This document shows, one piece after another, positions 1-7,371 of a stretch of DNA of 37,433 nucleotides (positions are counted from its first letter, which is position 1; every line of letters starts with the position of its first letter). The notes beneath the pieces are model-generated. The model worked only from the letters and a program-made list of their open reading frames with translations. It was not told the DNA's origin and did no database searches. The stretch lies in the IMG/VR virus record IMGVR_UViG_3300011338_000534, positions 1 to 37,433 of that record. The stretch is one strand, 5' to 3'. This DNA comes from a virus (Duplodnaviria; Caudoviricetes). Position numbers and translations under genes: made by a program.

Positions 1-127
1 ATGACGGCACGGTCAGACACGGCCTAGAACGGAATATCGTCGTCAAACCGAGCGCCGCGCTGTGGCGGCACCTCTCGCGCCGGGCCAGCGTCACGCTGCG
101 TCGGAAACTTGACCGATCCTGCCAGCA
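1..127 (+). repeat. Terminal direct repeat, copy 1 (probable assembly circular overlap)
   Basis: Identical to 37307-37433; it spans the end of the SSB-like gene and the start of NinB, and 127 is a common assembler k-mer size. Confidence 0.95.
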
Positions 128-290
128 TCGTCCCGTTGTCGCCTTTGGCCCAGAACGCCACTTCCAGCTTGTCGCCCGGCTTTGCGCCTTCGGGGACGAT
201 CAGATTACCGCGCCAATCCGGCGCACGGTCGTTGCGCTTTTCCTTCTCCTTGAAAACGGCAATGTCGCCCGGTTTTTGCTCATACGCCAT
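24..290 (-). CDS. Small SSB-like ssDNA-binding protein
   Basis: 88 aa ending in DDDIPF, the bacterial SSB C-terminal tip; lies between Erf and NinB; start overlaps the Erf stop. Confidence 0.7.
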   Translation of the reverse strand: MAYEQKPGDIAVFKEKEKRNDRAPDWRGNLIVPEGAKPGDKLEVAFWAKGDNGTMLAGSVKFPTQRDAGPAREVPPQRGARFDDDIPF

Positions 291-970
291 TACATCGCTC
301 CCAGTTCACGTCCGCGCCGGTCGAATGCCTCGCGGACTTCAATGCGCCAGCCCTTCGGCATGGTGCGGATAGTGTCGCCGTTCTGGTCTGCCCAACCTCT
401 CAGCGCGGCAAGGGTCGGGATCGTCTCAAGGTCGCCAAGCCACTGGTTGACCTTCTCGCCCAGCCCTTCGGCTTTGGCCTTGGCTGCGCTCATTCCAGCT
501 CCTTCGGTTTTATACCAGTCGGGGCCTTCAGGGTGAACGCTTACGTTCGGGTTTTTAGGCTCGCCGGGTTTAGTGCTACGGGGCATAGACGCTTCCCCGT
601 CATCATCCACGGCAGGCATATTGAGCATGGCCATGAGCGAGTATCGACGGGCGTAGGTGATTGCCGAGCCTGCCGCTTGCGGGTCCATCTTGCCAGCGGG
701 CAGGGAAAAGTCAGTCTCAATCCACTCGCCGCTTTCGTGAACAAGGCGCGTCGTGAGGGTAATGCAGTTGCCATCCATCGGACCTGGTCCCTGCATAACC
801 GCCAGCCCGTTAGCCTCTAGCGCACCGTGCGCGGCCTCGATGACGCTTTCGAGGTTGGCATACTTGGATTTGAAGAACGGGTTATCCGCGCCCTTCTTCA
901 CGCCCTCGATTGCATTGATAGCCCTCACTAGCGCGGGGCTGATTTTGGTTAGTGTGTCGCTGCTTCGCAT
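290..970 (-). CDS. erf: ERF-family ssDNA annealing protein
   Basis: NPFFKSKYANL, LVHESGEWI and GSAITYARRYSL motifs; GGAGG SD upstream. Confidence 0.92.
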   Translation of the reverse strand: MRSSDTLTKISPALVRAINAIEGVKKGADNPFFKSKYANLESVIEAAHGALEANGLAVMQGPGPMDGNCITLTTRLVHESGEWIETDFSLPAGKMDPQAAGSAITYARRYSLMAMLNMPAVDDDGEASMPRSTKPGEPKNPNVSVHPEGPDWYKTEGAGMSAAKAKAEGLGEKVNQWLGDLETIPTLAALRGWADQNGDTIRTMPKGWRIEVREAFDRRGRELGAM

Positions 971-1170
971 TTGGCTTCCTCCATTGCCTGTTCATATTGT
1001 GTCAGGGCCTTACGACAATCGCGGACGTAACGCGTCGCGTTATGGTCGGTTCGGGCCTGAAACATTCGCGCCGTCATCCTAACGGCAAACCCTGACGCTG
1101 GCCGGTAGATGCCGCCGTCGTCCAGCCACAAGCGGCCATCCTCAAACTTGGCAAGCGGGCGGTCAGTCAT
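949..1170 (-). CDS. Hypothetical protein (early left arm)
   Basis: 73 aa ORF overlapping both neighbours in a co-directional operon. Confidence 0.6.
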   Translation of the reverse strand: MTDRPLAKFEDGRLWLDDGGIYRPASGFAVRMTARMFQARTDHNATRYVRDCRKALTQYEQAMEEAKCEAATH

Positions 1171-1354
1171 CGGACTTCACCGCTACGGCATTGCCCAGAC
1201 GGGCCGTGGCTTTCCATAGCCGCTCAAGCTGGTCAGGTTGCAGATCGGTCAGACGCTCCACGTTGCCGATTGCCACGGTAAGGCTCGACATTGTGGCTTC
1301 AAACGTAATCGTCTGATTGCGAAGGCCGCGCATGGTTTCGATAATATCGGTCAT
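1163..1354 (-). CDS. Hypothetical protein
   Basis: 63 aa; GGAGG SD; ATGA overlap with the upstream gene. Confidence 0.65.
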   Translation of the reverse strand: MTDIIETMRGLRNQTITFEATMSSLTVAIGNVERLTDLQPDQLERLWKATARLGNAVAVKSDD

Positions 1355-1545
1355 TGCATCGCCTCCAGAATGTGCGACCTGCCGTCGTCCTCAAAAAGCT
1401 GGACCGCGCAATCTTCGCACATGACTTCGCCGTAAACCTCAAACGCCTCAACAGACGGGGACACTTCCGGCTCGCCGCATTCAGGGCAGAAACTGGCGTC
1501 GGTGTCATGGTCGCGCGGAAAGCGCAGGGAATGTTCCTCGCTCAT
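1351..1545 (-). CDS. Small putative zinc-binding protein
   Basis: 64 aa with CPEC...CEDC; GGAG SD; ATGA overlap. Confidence 0.65.
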   Translation of the reverse strand: MSEEHSLRFPRDHDTDASFCPECGEPEVSPSVEAFEVYGEVMCEDCAVQLFEDDGRSHILEAMQ

Positions 1546-1868
1546 TTTGCGGCTCCCGTAATGTCAGCGGCAATGGCGAGCCAGCCGGTCGGGGCCGACA
1601 CCTTGGCTTCCTCAGCCAGTTCAGCAAGGCGGTAGTCAGTGGCCACCGCGATCAAATAGCGGGCCGATTCCGGGAACGCCTCGCGTTGTTCCTCAAGCCA
1701 ATCCTCGCGGTCTTCCTCGCTAATGGCGAGAGCAACAGCCCGCTCTGCCATCGCAAAGCCTTCGTCTTGATACTCGTATGCGCCGGACCAGTCGCGGCAA
1801 TAAAAGCCGTCGCCGTTCTCGCTGGCGTATTCGGTCAGTGCGTTGTCGAGTTGCGTTTGAATGGTCAT
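1542..1868 (-). CDS. Hypothetical acidic protein
   Basis: 108 aa from the ATG at 1868, which overlaps the upstream TGA (TGATG). Confidence 0.65.
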   Translation of the reverse strand: MTIQTQLDNALTEYASENGDGFYCRDWSGAYEYQDEGFAMAERAVALAISEEDREDWLEEQREAFPESARYLIAVATDYRLAELAEEAKVSAPTGWLAIAADITGAAK

Positions 1869-2035
1869 CACATTGCCCTCATGCGACGCGCCATTTCGGC
1901 GGTCATTGGCATAATAAAGCGCAGATATTTTTGCGCCGTGTCGATGTCGTTAGCGGCGCGAGCCACCCACGCCTTAGCCATCAGTTCGCTGTGCGCGGTG
2001 GCCAGGTCGGTGTTGGTCATTTCTTCAATCGGCAT
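1868..2035 (-). CDS. First gene of the leftward operon, 55 aa (not in ORF track)
   Basis: MPIEEMTNTDLATAHSELMAKAWVARAANDIDTAQKYLRFIMPMTAEMARRMRAM; GGGAGAG SD before the ATG; stop coupled to the next start. Confidence 0.7.
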   Translation of the reverse strand: MPIEEMTNTDLATAHSELMAKAWVARAANDIDTAQKYLRFIMPMTAEMARRMRAM

Positions 2036-2058
2036 AACGTCTCTCCCTTGTTGCCACC

Positions 2059-2087
2059 ATAAAACACGGCACCCGGCAGACCGTCAA
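2059..2087 (-). promoter_or_regulatory. Leftward early promoter (pL-like)
   Basis: TTGACG (2087-2082)-N17-TTTTAT (2064-2059) with an A-tract upstream. Confidence 0.6.
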
Positions 2088-2100
2088 GCAATCTTTTTAC

Positions 2101-2129
2101 TCGACAGCACGATTTTGTTCGCTTAACGT
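2101..2129 (+). promoter_or_regulatory. Rightward early promoter (pR-like)
   Basis: TCGACA-N17-TAACGT, followed by an AGGAGG SD and the Cro-like gene. Confidence 0.55.
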
Positions 2130-2151
2130 TGCGACACTATCAGGAGGACAC

Positions 2152-2346
2152 ATGACGAAAGAACAGGTCATTAAGGCCATCAAGCGGCTTGTCGGAGACG
2201 GTAAGCGCAAGGAGTGGTGCCAGGCACATGGCGTCAATCAGACCGTCCTTAGCGACGTTCTGCGAGGCCACCGCGCACCGACAGAACAGCTTTGCAACAT
2301 GGTTGGCGTCGAGCGCGTCACCGTCATTCACTATCGGAGCAAGTAA
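2152..2346 (+). CDS. Cro-like helix-turn-helix regulator
   Basis: 64 aa; HTH-like segment KEWCQAHGVNQTVLSDVLRGHRAP; strong SD; first gene after the divergent promoters. Confidence 0.8.
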   Translation: MTKEQVIKAIKRLVGDGKRKEWCQAHGVNQTVLSDVLRGHRAPTEQLCNMVGVERVTVIHYRSK

Positions 2347-2347
2347 A

Positions 2348-2635
2348 ATGTTAAACGCCATCAAACGCATCCTCGCCCGCCTCGATTTCAAATACCAGCG
2401 CCAGCAAAAGGAATGGCACGACTATCTGGACCGGCGAGACGCCAACTTGGCTGAGTGGCTACAGGATCAAACCGCCACGTCAAAAGCCCGCCAGCTTGCC
2501 GCCATTGCGCGGGAACGGAATGCACTGAAGGACGAACTGGCGAAAGTCATTAAAGCCAAGAAAGCCCGCGCACCGATTTACGCAGCCCTCCGCGCTTTGT
2601 CGATTGAGGAACTTAAGGTCGAGGGACGGCGGTGA
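2348..2635 (+). CDS. Hypothetical coiled-coil protein
   Basis: Start reassigned to the ATG at 2348, just after the Cro stop; GTGA overlap with the next gene. Confidence 0.65.
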   Translation: MLNAIKRILARLDFKYQRQQKEWHDYLDRRDANLAEWLQDQTATSKARQLAAIARERNALKDELAKVIKAKKARAPIYAALRALSIEELKVEGRR

Positions 2636-2958
2636 AGGCTCTAAAATACCGCAACGTCAAAACCGTCGTTGACGGCATTACGTTTGACAGCATCAAGGAA
2701 AGCCGCCGCTATAGCGAATTGAAGCTGCTGGAACGGTCTGGGCGCATCACTGGGCTTGAGGTCCAGCCATCGTTTCGCATTGTCGTGAACAACTGCCTGA
2801 TTTGCACCTATAAAGCCGACTTTCGTTACACGACGGACACGCCACACGTTCGCGGGCTGGTCGTCATTGAGGACGTTAAAGGCATGAAGACGCCGGTTTA
2901 TCGTCTCAAGAAAAAGCTAATGCTGGCGGTTCACGGGATCAGCGTGGTGGAGATATGA
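2632..2958 (+). CDS. DUF1064-like PD-(D/E)xK endonuclease
   Basis: KYRN.KT.VDGITFDS.KE, Y.ADF.Y and IEDVKG motifs. Confidence 0.85.
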   Translation: MKALKYRNVKTVVDGITFDSIKESRRYSELKLLERSGRITGLEVQPSFRIVVNNCLICTYKADFRYTTDTPHVRGLVVIEDVKGMKTPVYRLKKKLMLAVHGISVVEI

Positions 2959-3710
2959 CCGAAAAACTTAAGGTTCTGGACCTGTTTTCAGGCATCGGCG
3001 GTTTTTCGCTTGGCCTTGAGCGCACAGGCGGCTTTGACACGGTTGCCTTTTGCGAGATTGACCCTTTTTGCCAGCGGGTGTTGGCGAAACATTGGCCGGA
3101 GGTGCCGATTTATGACGACATTCAAACCCTCGACGCAGATACCCTTGCTTCCGATGGGATCGACGTTGACATCATTTGCGGGGGCTTCCCATGCCAAGAC
3201 GTTAGCACGGCAGGACGCAAAACCGGCATATCAGGAACCCGAAGCGGATTGTGGGACGATTACGCCCGCCTTATTGGCGAGTTACAGCCTAAGTTCTGCA
3301 TCGTGGAAAATGTCACAGGGCTGCTTGATGCCGGAATGGGTGTCGTCCTCGGAGACCTGGCCGCGCTGGGGTATGACGCGGATTGGGGATGCCTACCGGC
3401 TTCCGCCGTTGGCCTTCCACACTCCCGCGAGCGAGTTTGGATTGTTGCCTACCCCGCAGGCCTCGGACAATCGAAACCGGGGCACCTATGGCAAAACGCC
3501 TGCCGTAACCCGCCGCAAGCAAGCTGGGAAGCAACTGATGCTGTCAATGCTCTTCGAAGGGGCACCGTGCCCGCACTGTGTAGAGAACATGATGGGCGTT
3601 CCAAACGATTGGACAAATCCCGATTGACCGCTCTTGGAAACGCTGTCGTGCCGCAAATCCCGGAATTGATTGGCCGGGCGATCCTCGCTGACTACGCGGC
3701 GCAACAATGA
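2955..3710 (+). CDS. DNA (cytosine-5) methyltransferase, large polypeptide
   Basis: Motif I DLFSGIGG, IV GGFPCQD, VI ENV, VIII R.RVWIVA and X LGNAV are present; motif IX is not evident in this frame. Confidence 0.92.
   Translation: MTEKLKVLDLFSGIGGFSLGLERTGGFDTVAFCEIDPFCQRVLAKHWPEVPIYDDIQTLDADTLASDGIDVDIICGGFPCQDVSTAGRKTGISGTRSGLWDDYARLIGELQPKFCIVENVTGLLDAGMGVVLGDLAALGYDADWGCLPASAVGLPHSRERVWIVAYPAGLGQSKPGHLWQNACRNPPQASWEATDAVNALRRGTVPALCREHDGRSKRLDKSRLTALGNAVVPQIPELIGRAILADYAAQQ
3112..3627 (+). CDS. Nested +1-frame gene: putative small (beta) subunit of the C5 methyltransferase
   Basis: GGAGGT SD at 3098-3103, ATG at 3112; 171 aa with LLPTPQASD and motif-IX-like VENMMGVPNDWT. Confidence 0.7.
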   Translation: MTTFKPSTQIPLLPMGSTLTSFAGASHAKTLARQDAKPAYQEPEADCGTITPALLASYSLSSASWKMSQGCLMPEWVSSSETWPRWGMTRIGDAYRLPPLAFHTPASEFGLLPTPQASDNRNRGTYGKTPAVTRRKQAGKQLMLSMLFEGAPCPHCVENMMGVPNDWTNPD

Positions 3711-4078
3711 CCGCCGCCCCACCTCGCCCGTCGATGTCCAAGGCTCGCCGATTGCGACTGTTCGCCCGTGACAACGGCGTCTGCGACATCTGCAAGCAAA
3801 AGGTTCACGCCAATGAGGCGTATGAGTTAGACCATATCATCCCGTGGGCTTTAGGGTTTGACGACAGCGACGAAAACTTAAGGCTGGTTCACAAGACGTG
3901 CCACCGGACAGACAAAACCGGCGGGGACGTGACTAGGATTGCCAAGGCCAAGCGCCAAGGCCGGGAGACAGGCCAACAGGCCAGGCGGCAAGTCAAAGGC
4001 GGCTCGATACCATCCCGACCGTTTCCAAAGACCAAAACCACATGGCCCAAGCGGCCTTTCAAAAGGGGAGACACATGA
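3707..4078 (+). CDS. HNH endonuclease
   Basis: CDIC...ELDHIIP...ENLRLVHKTCH. Confidence 0.88.
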   Translation: MTAAPPRPSMSKARRLRLFARDNGVCDICKQKVHANEAYELDHIIPWALGFDDSDENLRLVHKTCHRTDKTGGDVTRIAKAKRQGRETGQQARRQVKGGSIPSRPFPKTKTTWPKRPFKRGDT

Positions 4079-4422
4079 GAACCACCGTTGCCGATGTGAT
4101 CCGCGAGACGGCTGCAAAGCACCGTATCAGCGTGGCAGACCTGATCGGCCAAAGCCGGGAGCGCAAATACGTCCGTCCGCGTCAGGAGGCCATGTATCGC
4201 GTGTTCACAGAATGCCCGCACATCTCTTATCCTGACGCTGGACGCCGAATGGGGGGCCGTGACCACACCACCGTTTTGCATGGCGTGAAGACCCACGCAA
4301 AGCGCCTTGGCATTGACTACGCCGACGCCATGCAAATCCGCAAAGGCGGGATTAACAAGCCTGTGTTTGCCATCATGGCCAGCGCATACGCCAAAGCCTT
4401 GGAGGCACACCGTGTCCAGTAG
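4075..4422 (+). CDS. DnaA domain IV-like HTH protein
   Basis: VRPRQEAMY...SYPDAGRRMGGRDHTTVLHGV matches the DnaA C-terminal signature; GGGGAG SD; ATGA overlap. Confidence 0.85.
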   Translation: MRTTVADVIRETAAKHRISVADLIGQSRERKYVRPRQEAMYRVFTECPHISYPDAGRRMGGRDHTTVLHGVKTHAKRLGIDYADAMQIRKGGINKPVFAIMASAYAKALEAHRVQ

Positions 4423-4669
4423 CGGCCATTATTTCCGCCCCTATGCCAAGGCCATGATGGAGCGGTCTAATCCCGATATGTCCAAGGATCGGGAGATAGA
4501 GGCAAAGCAGCGAGACGCAGACAGACGCTTCGTTATTGCGCTTGCAGAGGCTTTCCAGCGTGGGGATCATCTGCCAGCGGCCAAACCTGAGCCAAGACGC
4601 ACCAGGCCCGTCCCTACTCCCACCACTCGCCCTTCACTCTTTGCCGTATGGGAGGATGACAATGCGTAA
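4412..4669 (+). CDS. Hypothetical protein
   Basis: GGAGG at 4401-4405 before an in-frame GTG at 4412; fills the operon gap. Confidence 0.6.
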   Translation: MSSSGHYFRPYAKAMMERSNPDMSKDREIEAKQRDADRRFVIALAEAFQRGDHLPAAKPEPRRTRPVPTPTTRPSLFAVWEDDNA

Positions 4670-4826
4670 GCCGCCGGGGCATTGGACACCAGATGAGGAC
4701 CGTATGGTCAAATCAGGCTCGCTTGCCAAGCGTCCTGTTGCAGACGTGGCAAAGACGCTCAACCGGCTGGAAAAGAGCGTTATCATTCGGGCTATTGTTA
4801 TCGGCTTTCCGTTCTCAACATCATGA
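4662..4826 (+). CDS. Small GcrA-N-terminal/Myb-like HTH protein
   Basis: 54 aa, WTPDEDRMVK...VADVAKTLNRLEKSVIIRA..IG; GGAGG SD at 4651-4655. Confidence 0.6.
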   Translation: MRKPPGHWTPDEDRMVKSGSLAKRPVADVAKTLNRLEKSVIIRAIVIGFPFSTS

Positions 4827-6241
4827 CAAACACACAAGGGGAAAAAGTGACTAACTATGAGGCATTCCTAGCGGCCAAGGCCGTTACGGACCCGTTCACG
4901 GGTATATCAGAATTTCCACCGCTGCCTGACTGCTTGTTCCCGCATCAGCGAGACATTGTGTCATGGGCGCTCCGTCGTGGCCGGTCTGCACTGTTTGCAG
5001 GGACCGGGCTGGGCAAGTCGCTCATGGAACTGGCATGGGGTCAGGTGGTGGCTGAAACGACGGGCAAGCCGGTGTTGCATCTTGCTCCGCTCGCCGTGTC
5101 GTCGCAGCTTGTCCGAGAGGCTGACAAGTTCGTCATACCGGCCAGGCTTGTGACGAAACAATCCGACTGCGAAGGCGGCGGCATCTGCGTGACCAACTAT
5201 CAGAAGATTGAGCATTTCGACGTTGCGTCGTTTGGCGGTGTCATTCTGGATGAAAGCAGCATCCTCAAATCGACAGACGGCCATTATCGGAATAAGCTGA
5301 TTGAGGATTGTCAGTTGGTGCCGTTCCGCCTCGCTGCGACCGCCACGCCAGCGCCTAACGACTTCATGGAACTGGGCAACCACGCCGAGTTTCTAGGCGT
5401 CATGTCCTATACAGATATGCTGGCGACGTTCTTCGTCCATGACGGTGGTTCAACGCAAAACTGGCGTCTGAAAGGCCACGCTGAAAACGAGTTCTGGAAG
5501 TGGATGGCGTCATGGGCCGTGATGCTCCGCAAGCCCTCCGACCTTGGCTATCCGAATGAGGGTTATGACCTTCCTCCGCTGCACTATCATCAACACACGG
5601 TCGGGGTCGAATATCGGCCCAGCATTGAGACGGGAATGCTCTTCCCAATCCAAGCCGCCACGCTTTCAGAGCGCATTTCGGCACGGCGCGACACGGTAGA
5701 TGATCGGGTCAAGATGGCCGTTGACATCACCCCGACCGACCGCCCGTTCGTTTGGTGGTGCAATCTCAACAGCGAGAGCGAGGCTTTGGCCAAGGCCATA
5801 CCTGGCGCGGTCGAGGTTCGCGGGTCCGACAGTGACGCGGCGAAAGAGCGTAAGCTTATCGACTTCACCGAAGGCCGCATCCGCGTTCTGGTCACTAAGC
5901 CGTCAATCTGCGGGTTCGGCATGAACTGGCAACATTGCGCGGATACGGGCTTTGTTGGCTTGTCGGATAGCTTCGAGCAGTTCTATCAGGCCATTCGCCG
6001 GTTCTGGCGCTTTGGCCAGACGCAACACGTCAACTGCCACATCATCGCCGCCGAAACCGAAGGCGCGACCGTGGCTAACATCAAGCGCAAAGAGAGCGAC
6101 GCCGAACGCATGGCCGCAAGTATGGTCCTGCACATGGCTGACCTTTCCAGCCTTGCCGTTCGCGGTTCCGTCCGCGACCGTGCCGACTATAACCCGCAAC
6201 AGACTATCATTCTGCCGGATTTCATAAGGGGAAACCAATGA
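4823..6241 (+). CDS. SF2 (SNF2-like) helicase/ATPase
   Basis: Q-motif LFPHQ, Walker A GTGLGKS, Walker B ILDESS, motif III TAT, motif VI QAIRRFWRFGQ. Confidence 0.9.
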   Translation: MTNTQGEKVTNYEAFLAAKAVTDPFTGISEFPPLPDCLFPHQRDIVSWALRRGRSALFAGTGLGKSLMELAWGQVVAETTGKPVLHLAPLAVSSQLVREADKFVIPARLVTKQSDCEGGGICVTNYQKIEHFDVASFGGVILDESSILKSTDGHYRNKLIEDCQLVPFRLAATATPAPNDFMELGNHAEFLGVMSYTDMLATFFVHDGGSTQNWRLKGHAENEFWKWMASWAVMLRKPSDLGYPNEGYDLPPLHYHQHTVGVEYRPSIETGMLFPIQAATLSERISARRDTVDDRVKMAVDITPTDRPFVWWCNLNSESEALAKAIPGAVEVRGSDSDAAKERKLIDFTEGRIRVLVTKPSICGFGMNWQHCADTGFVGLSDSFEQFYQAIRRFWRFGQTQHVNCHIIAAETEGATVANIKRKESDAERMAASMVLHMADLSSLAVRGSVRDRADYNPQQTIILPDFIRGNQ

Positions 6242-7182
6242 CCTACAAGTGCATCGATCAAGTCATCACTGACGACTACGCCGTCTATCTGGGCGATAGC
6301 TGCGAGGTTATCCGCGAGATACCGTCCGACAGCATCCATTTTGGCATCCATTCGCCGCCGTTCGAGGGGCTTTACAAGTTCTCCAACAGCGACCGCGACA
6401 TCTCCAACAATGACGGCCCGGCGTTCTGGGAGCATTACGCTTTCCTTATTCAGGAACTGCACCGCGTGACCATGCCAGGGCGCCTGCATAGCGTTCACGT
6501 CATGCAACTGCCAACCAGCAAGATTCGGCATGGGCACATCGGGATGCGGGACTTCCGAGGCGAGGTTATCCGCGCCTATGAGGATGCGGGCTGGATTTTC
6601 CATAGTGAGGTTTGCATCTGGAAAGACCCGGTAGTCGCGCAACAGCGGACGAAAAGCATCCGGCTCCTGCATAAGCAAATCGTCAAAGACAGCACGATTA
6701 GCGGGCAGGGCCTGGCGGATTACATCGTGACGTTCCGCAAGCGTGGGGAAAATCCCGAGCCGGTTAGCGGATGCTTTGACGCCTATTATGGCGACAGCGA
6801 CGGCCCCGACTTCACGAAATACACCACGAACGCAGACGGGCGTAACTGGTATTCCATCGAGGTCTGGCAACGCTACGCCTCGCCGGTATGGCTGGACATC
6901 AACCAGACGCGGACGCTGCAATATCGTGGCGGGCGCGACCAGAAAGACGAACAGCACATCTCGCCGCTCCAGCTTGACGTGATCGAACGGTGTATCGACC
7001 TTTGGAGCAATGAAGGCGATACGGTTCTGACCCCGTTCCTTGGCATCGGGAGCGAGGTCTATTGCGCCGCTCGTATGGGGCGCAAAGGCATCGGGATTGA
7101 ACTGAAACCGTCCTATTTCGCGCAAGCCGTCAAAAACCTGGCTGAGATCGAGAAAATCGGTCGGGGCCTGTTTAAGGCTTAA
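6238..7182 (+). CDS. Beta-class N4-cytosine/N6-adenine DNA methyltransferase
   Basis: Catalytic SPPF precedes the SAM-binding VLTPFLGIGS...GIGIEL; ATGA overlap with the helicase. Confidence 0.88.
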   Translation: MTYKCIDQVITDDYAVYLGDSCEVIREIPSDSIHFGIHSPPFEGLYKFSNSDRDISNNDGPAFWEHYAFLIQELHRVTMPGRLHSVHVMQLPTSKIRHGHIGMRDFRGEVIRAYEDAGWIFHSEVCIWKDPVVAQQRTKSIRLLHKQIVKDSTISGQGLADYIVTFRKRGENPEPVSGCFDAYYGDSDGPDFTKYTTNADGRNWYSIEVWQRYASPVWLDINQTRTLQYRGGRDQKDEQHISPLQLDVIERCIDLWSNEGDTVLTPFLGIGSEVYCAARMGRKGIGIELKPSYFAQAVKNLAEIEKIGRGLFKA

Positions 7183-7185
7183 GAC

Positions 7186-7220
7186 AAAAGGCCCGGCGCG
7201 GATTGTTAACGCGCCGGGCC
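7186..7220 (-). terminator. Intrinsic terminator oriented for the minus strand
   Basis: 11-bp perfect stem GGCCCGGCGCG/CGCGCCGGGCC (7190-7200/7210-7220); the T-tract follows it only on the minus strand. Confidence 0.7.
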
Positions 7221-7258
7221 AGTCTAGCCGCCATGACAAGGGGAGGAGAGCATGGCGA
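7186..7258 (-). ncRNA. Candidate antisense sRNA 1 (about 75 nt) with an anti-SD loop
   Basis: Minus-strand promoter TTGCAG (7293-7288)-N17-TACGGT (7270-7265); hairpin CGCCAUG-CUCUCCUCCCCUUGU-CAUGGCG; then the terminator. Confidence 0.55.
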
Positions 7259-7296
7259 CGGGCTACCGTAGCGCCTTGCAATCGTCTCTGCAATGA
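7252..7296 (+). CDS. Micro-ORF a, 14 aa (MATGYRSALQSSLQ)
   Basis: GGGGAGGAG SD; its stop overlaps the next ATG (ATGA). Confidence 0.35.
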   Translation: MATGYRSALQSSLQ

Positions 7297-7370
7297 CTGA
7301 TAAAGGGCGGGCGGGTGAGCCGGAAACTCAACCCGCCCTAATCACCGGCTGTTCAAGGAGCCAGACGTGA
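7293..7370 (+). CDS. Micro-ORF b, 25 aa (MTDKGRAGEPETQPALITGCSRSQT)
   Basis: ATGA overlap at its start and GTGA overlap at its end. Confidence 0.3.
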   Translation: MTDKGRAGEPETQPALITGCSRSQT

Positions 7371-7371
7371 C
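7301..7371 (-). ncRNA. Candidate antisense sRNA 2 (about 70 nt) with anti-SD CUCCUU
   Basis: Minus-strand promoter TTGCAC (7406-7401)-N17-TATATC (7383-7378); hairpin GGCU-CCUUGAAC-AGCC; GC-rich hairpin GGGCGGGU/ACCCGCCC with a short U run. Confidence 0.5.

Noticed and set aside
3010-3710. C5 methyltransferase as a frameshifted pseudogene
   Set aside because: Both frames are fully open, motif X is intact in the main frame, and the nested frame has its own strong SD; a single frameshift cannot give the order VIII-IX-X.
6187-7293. 368-aa minus-strand ORF opposite the N4/N6 methyltransferase
   Set aside because: Antisense shadow that starts at a TTG which is the predicted -35 hexamer and runs through a terminator hairpin; no motifs.
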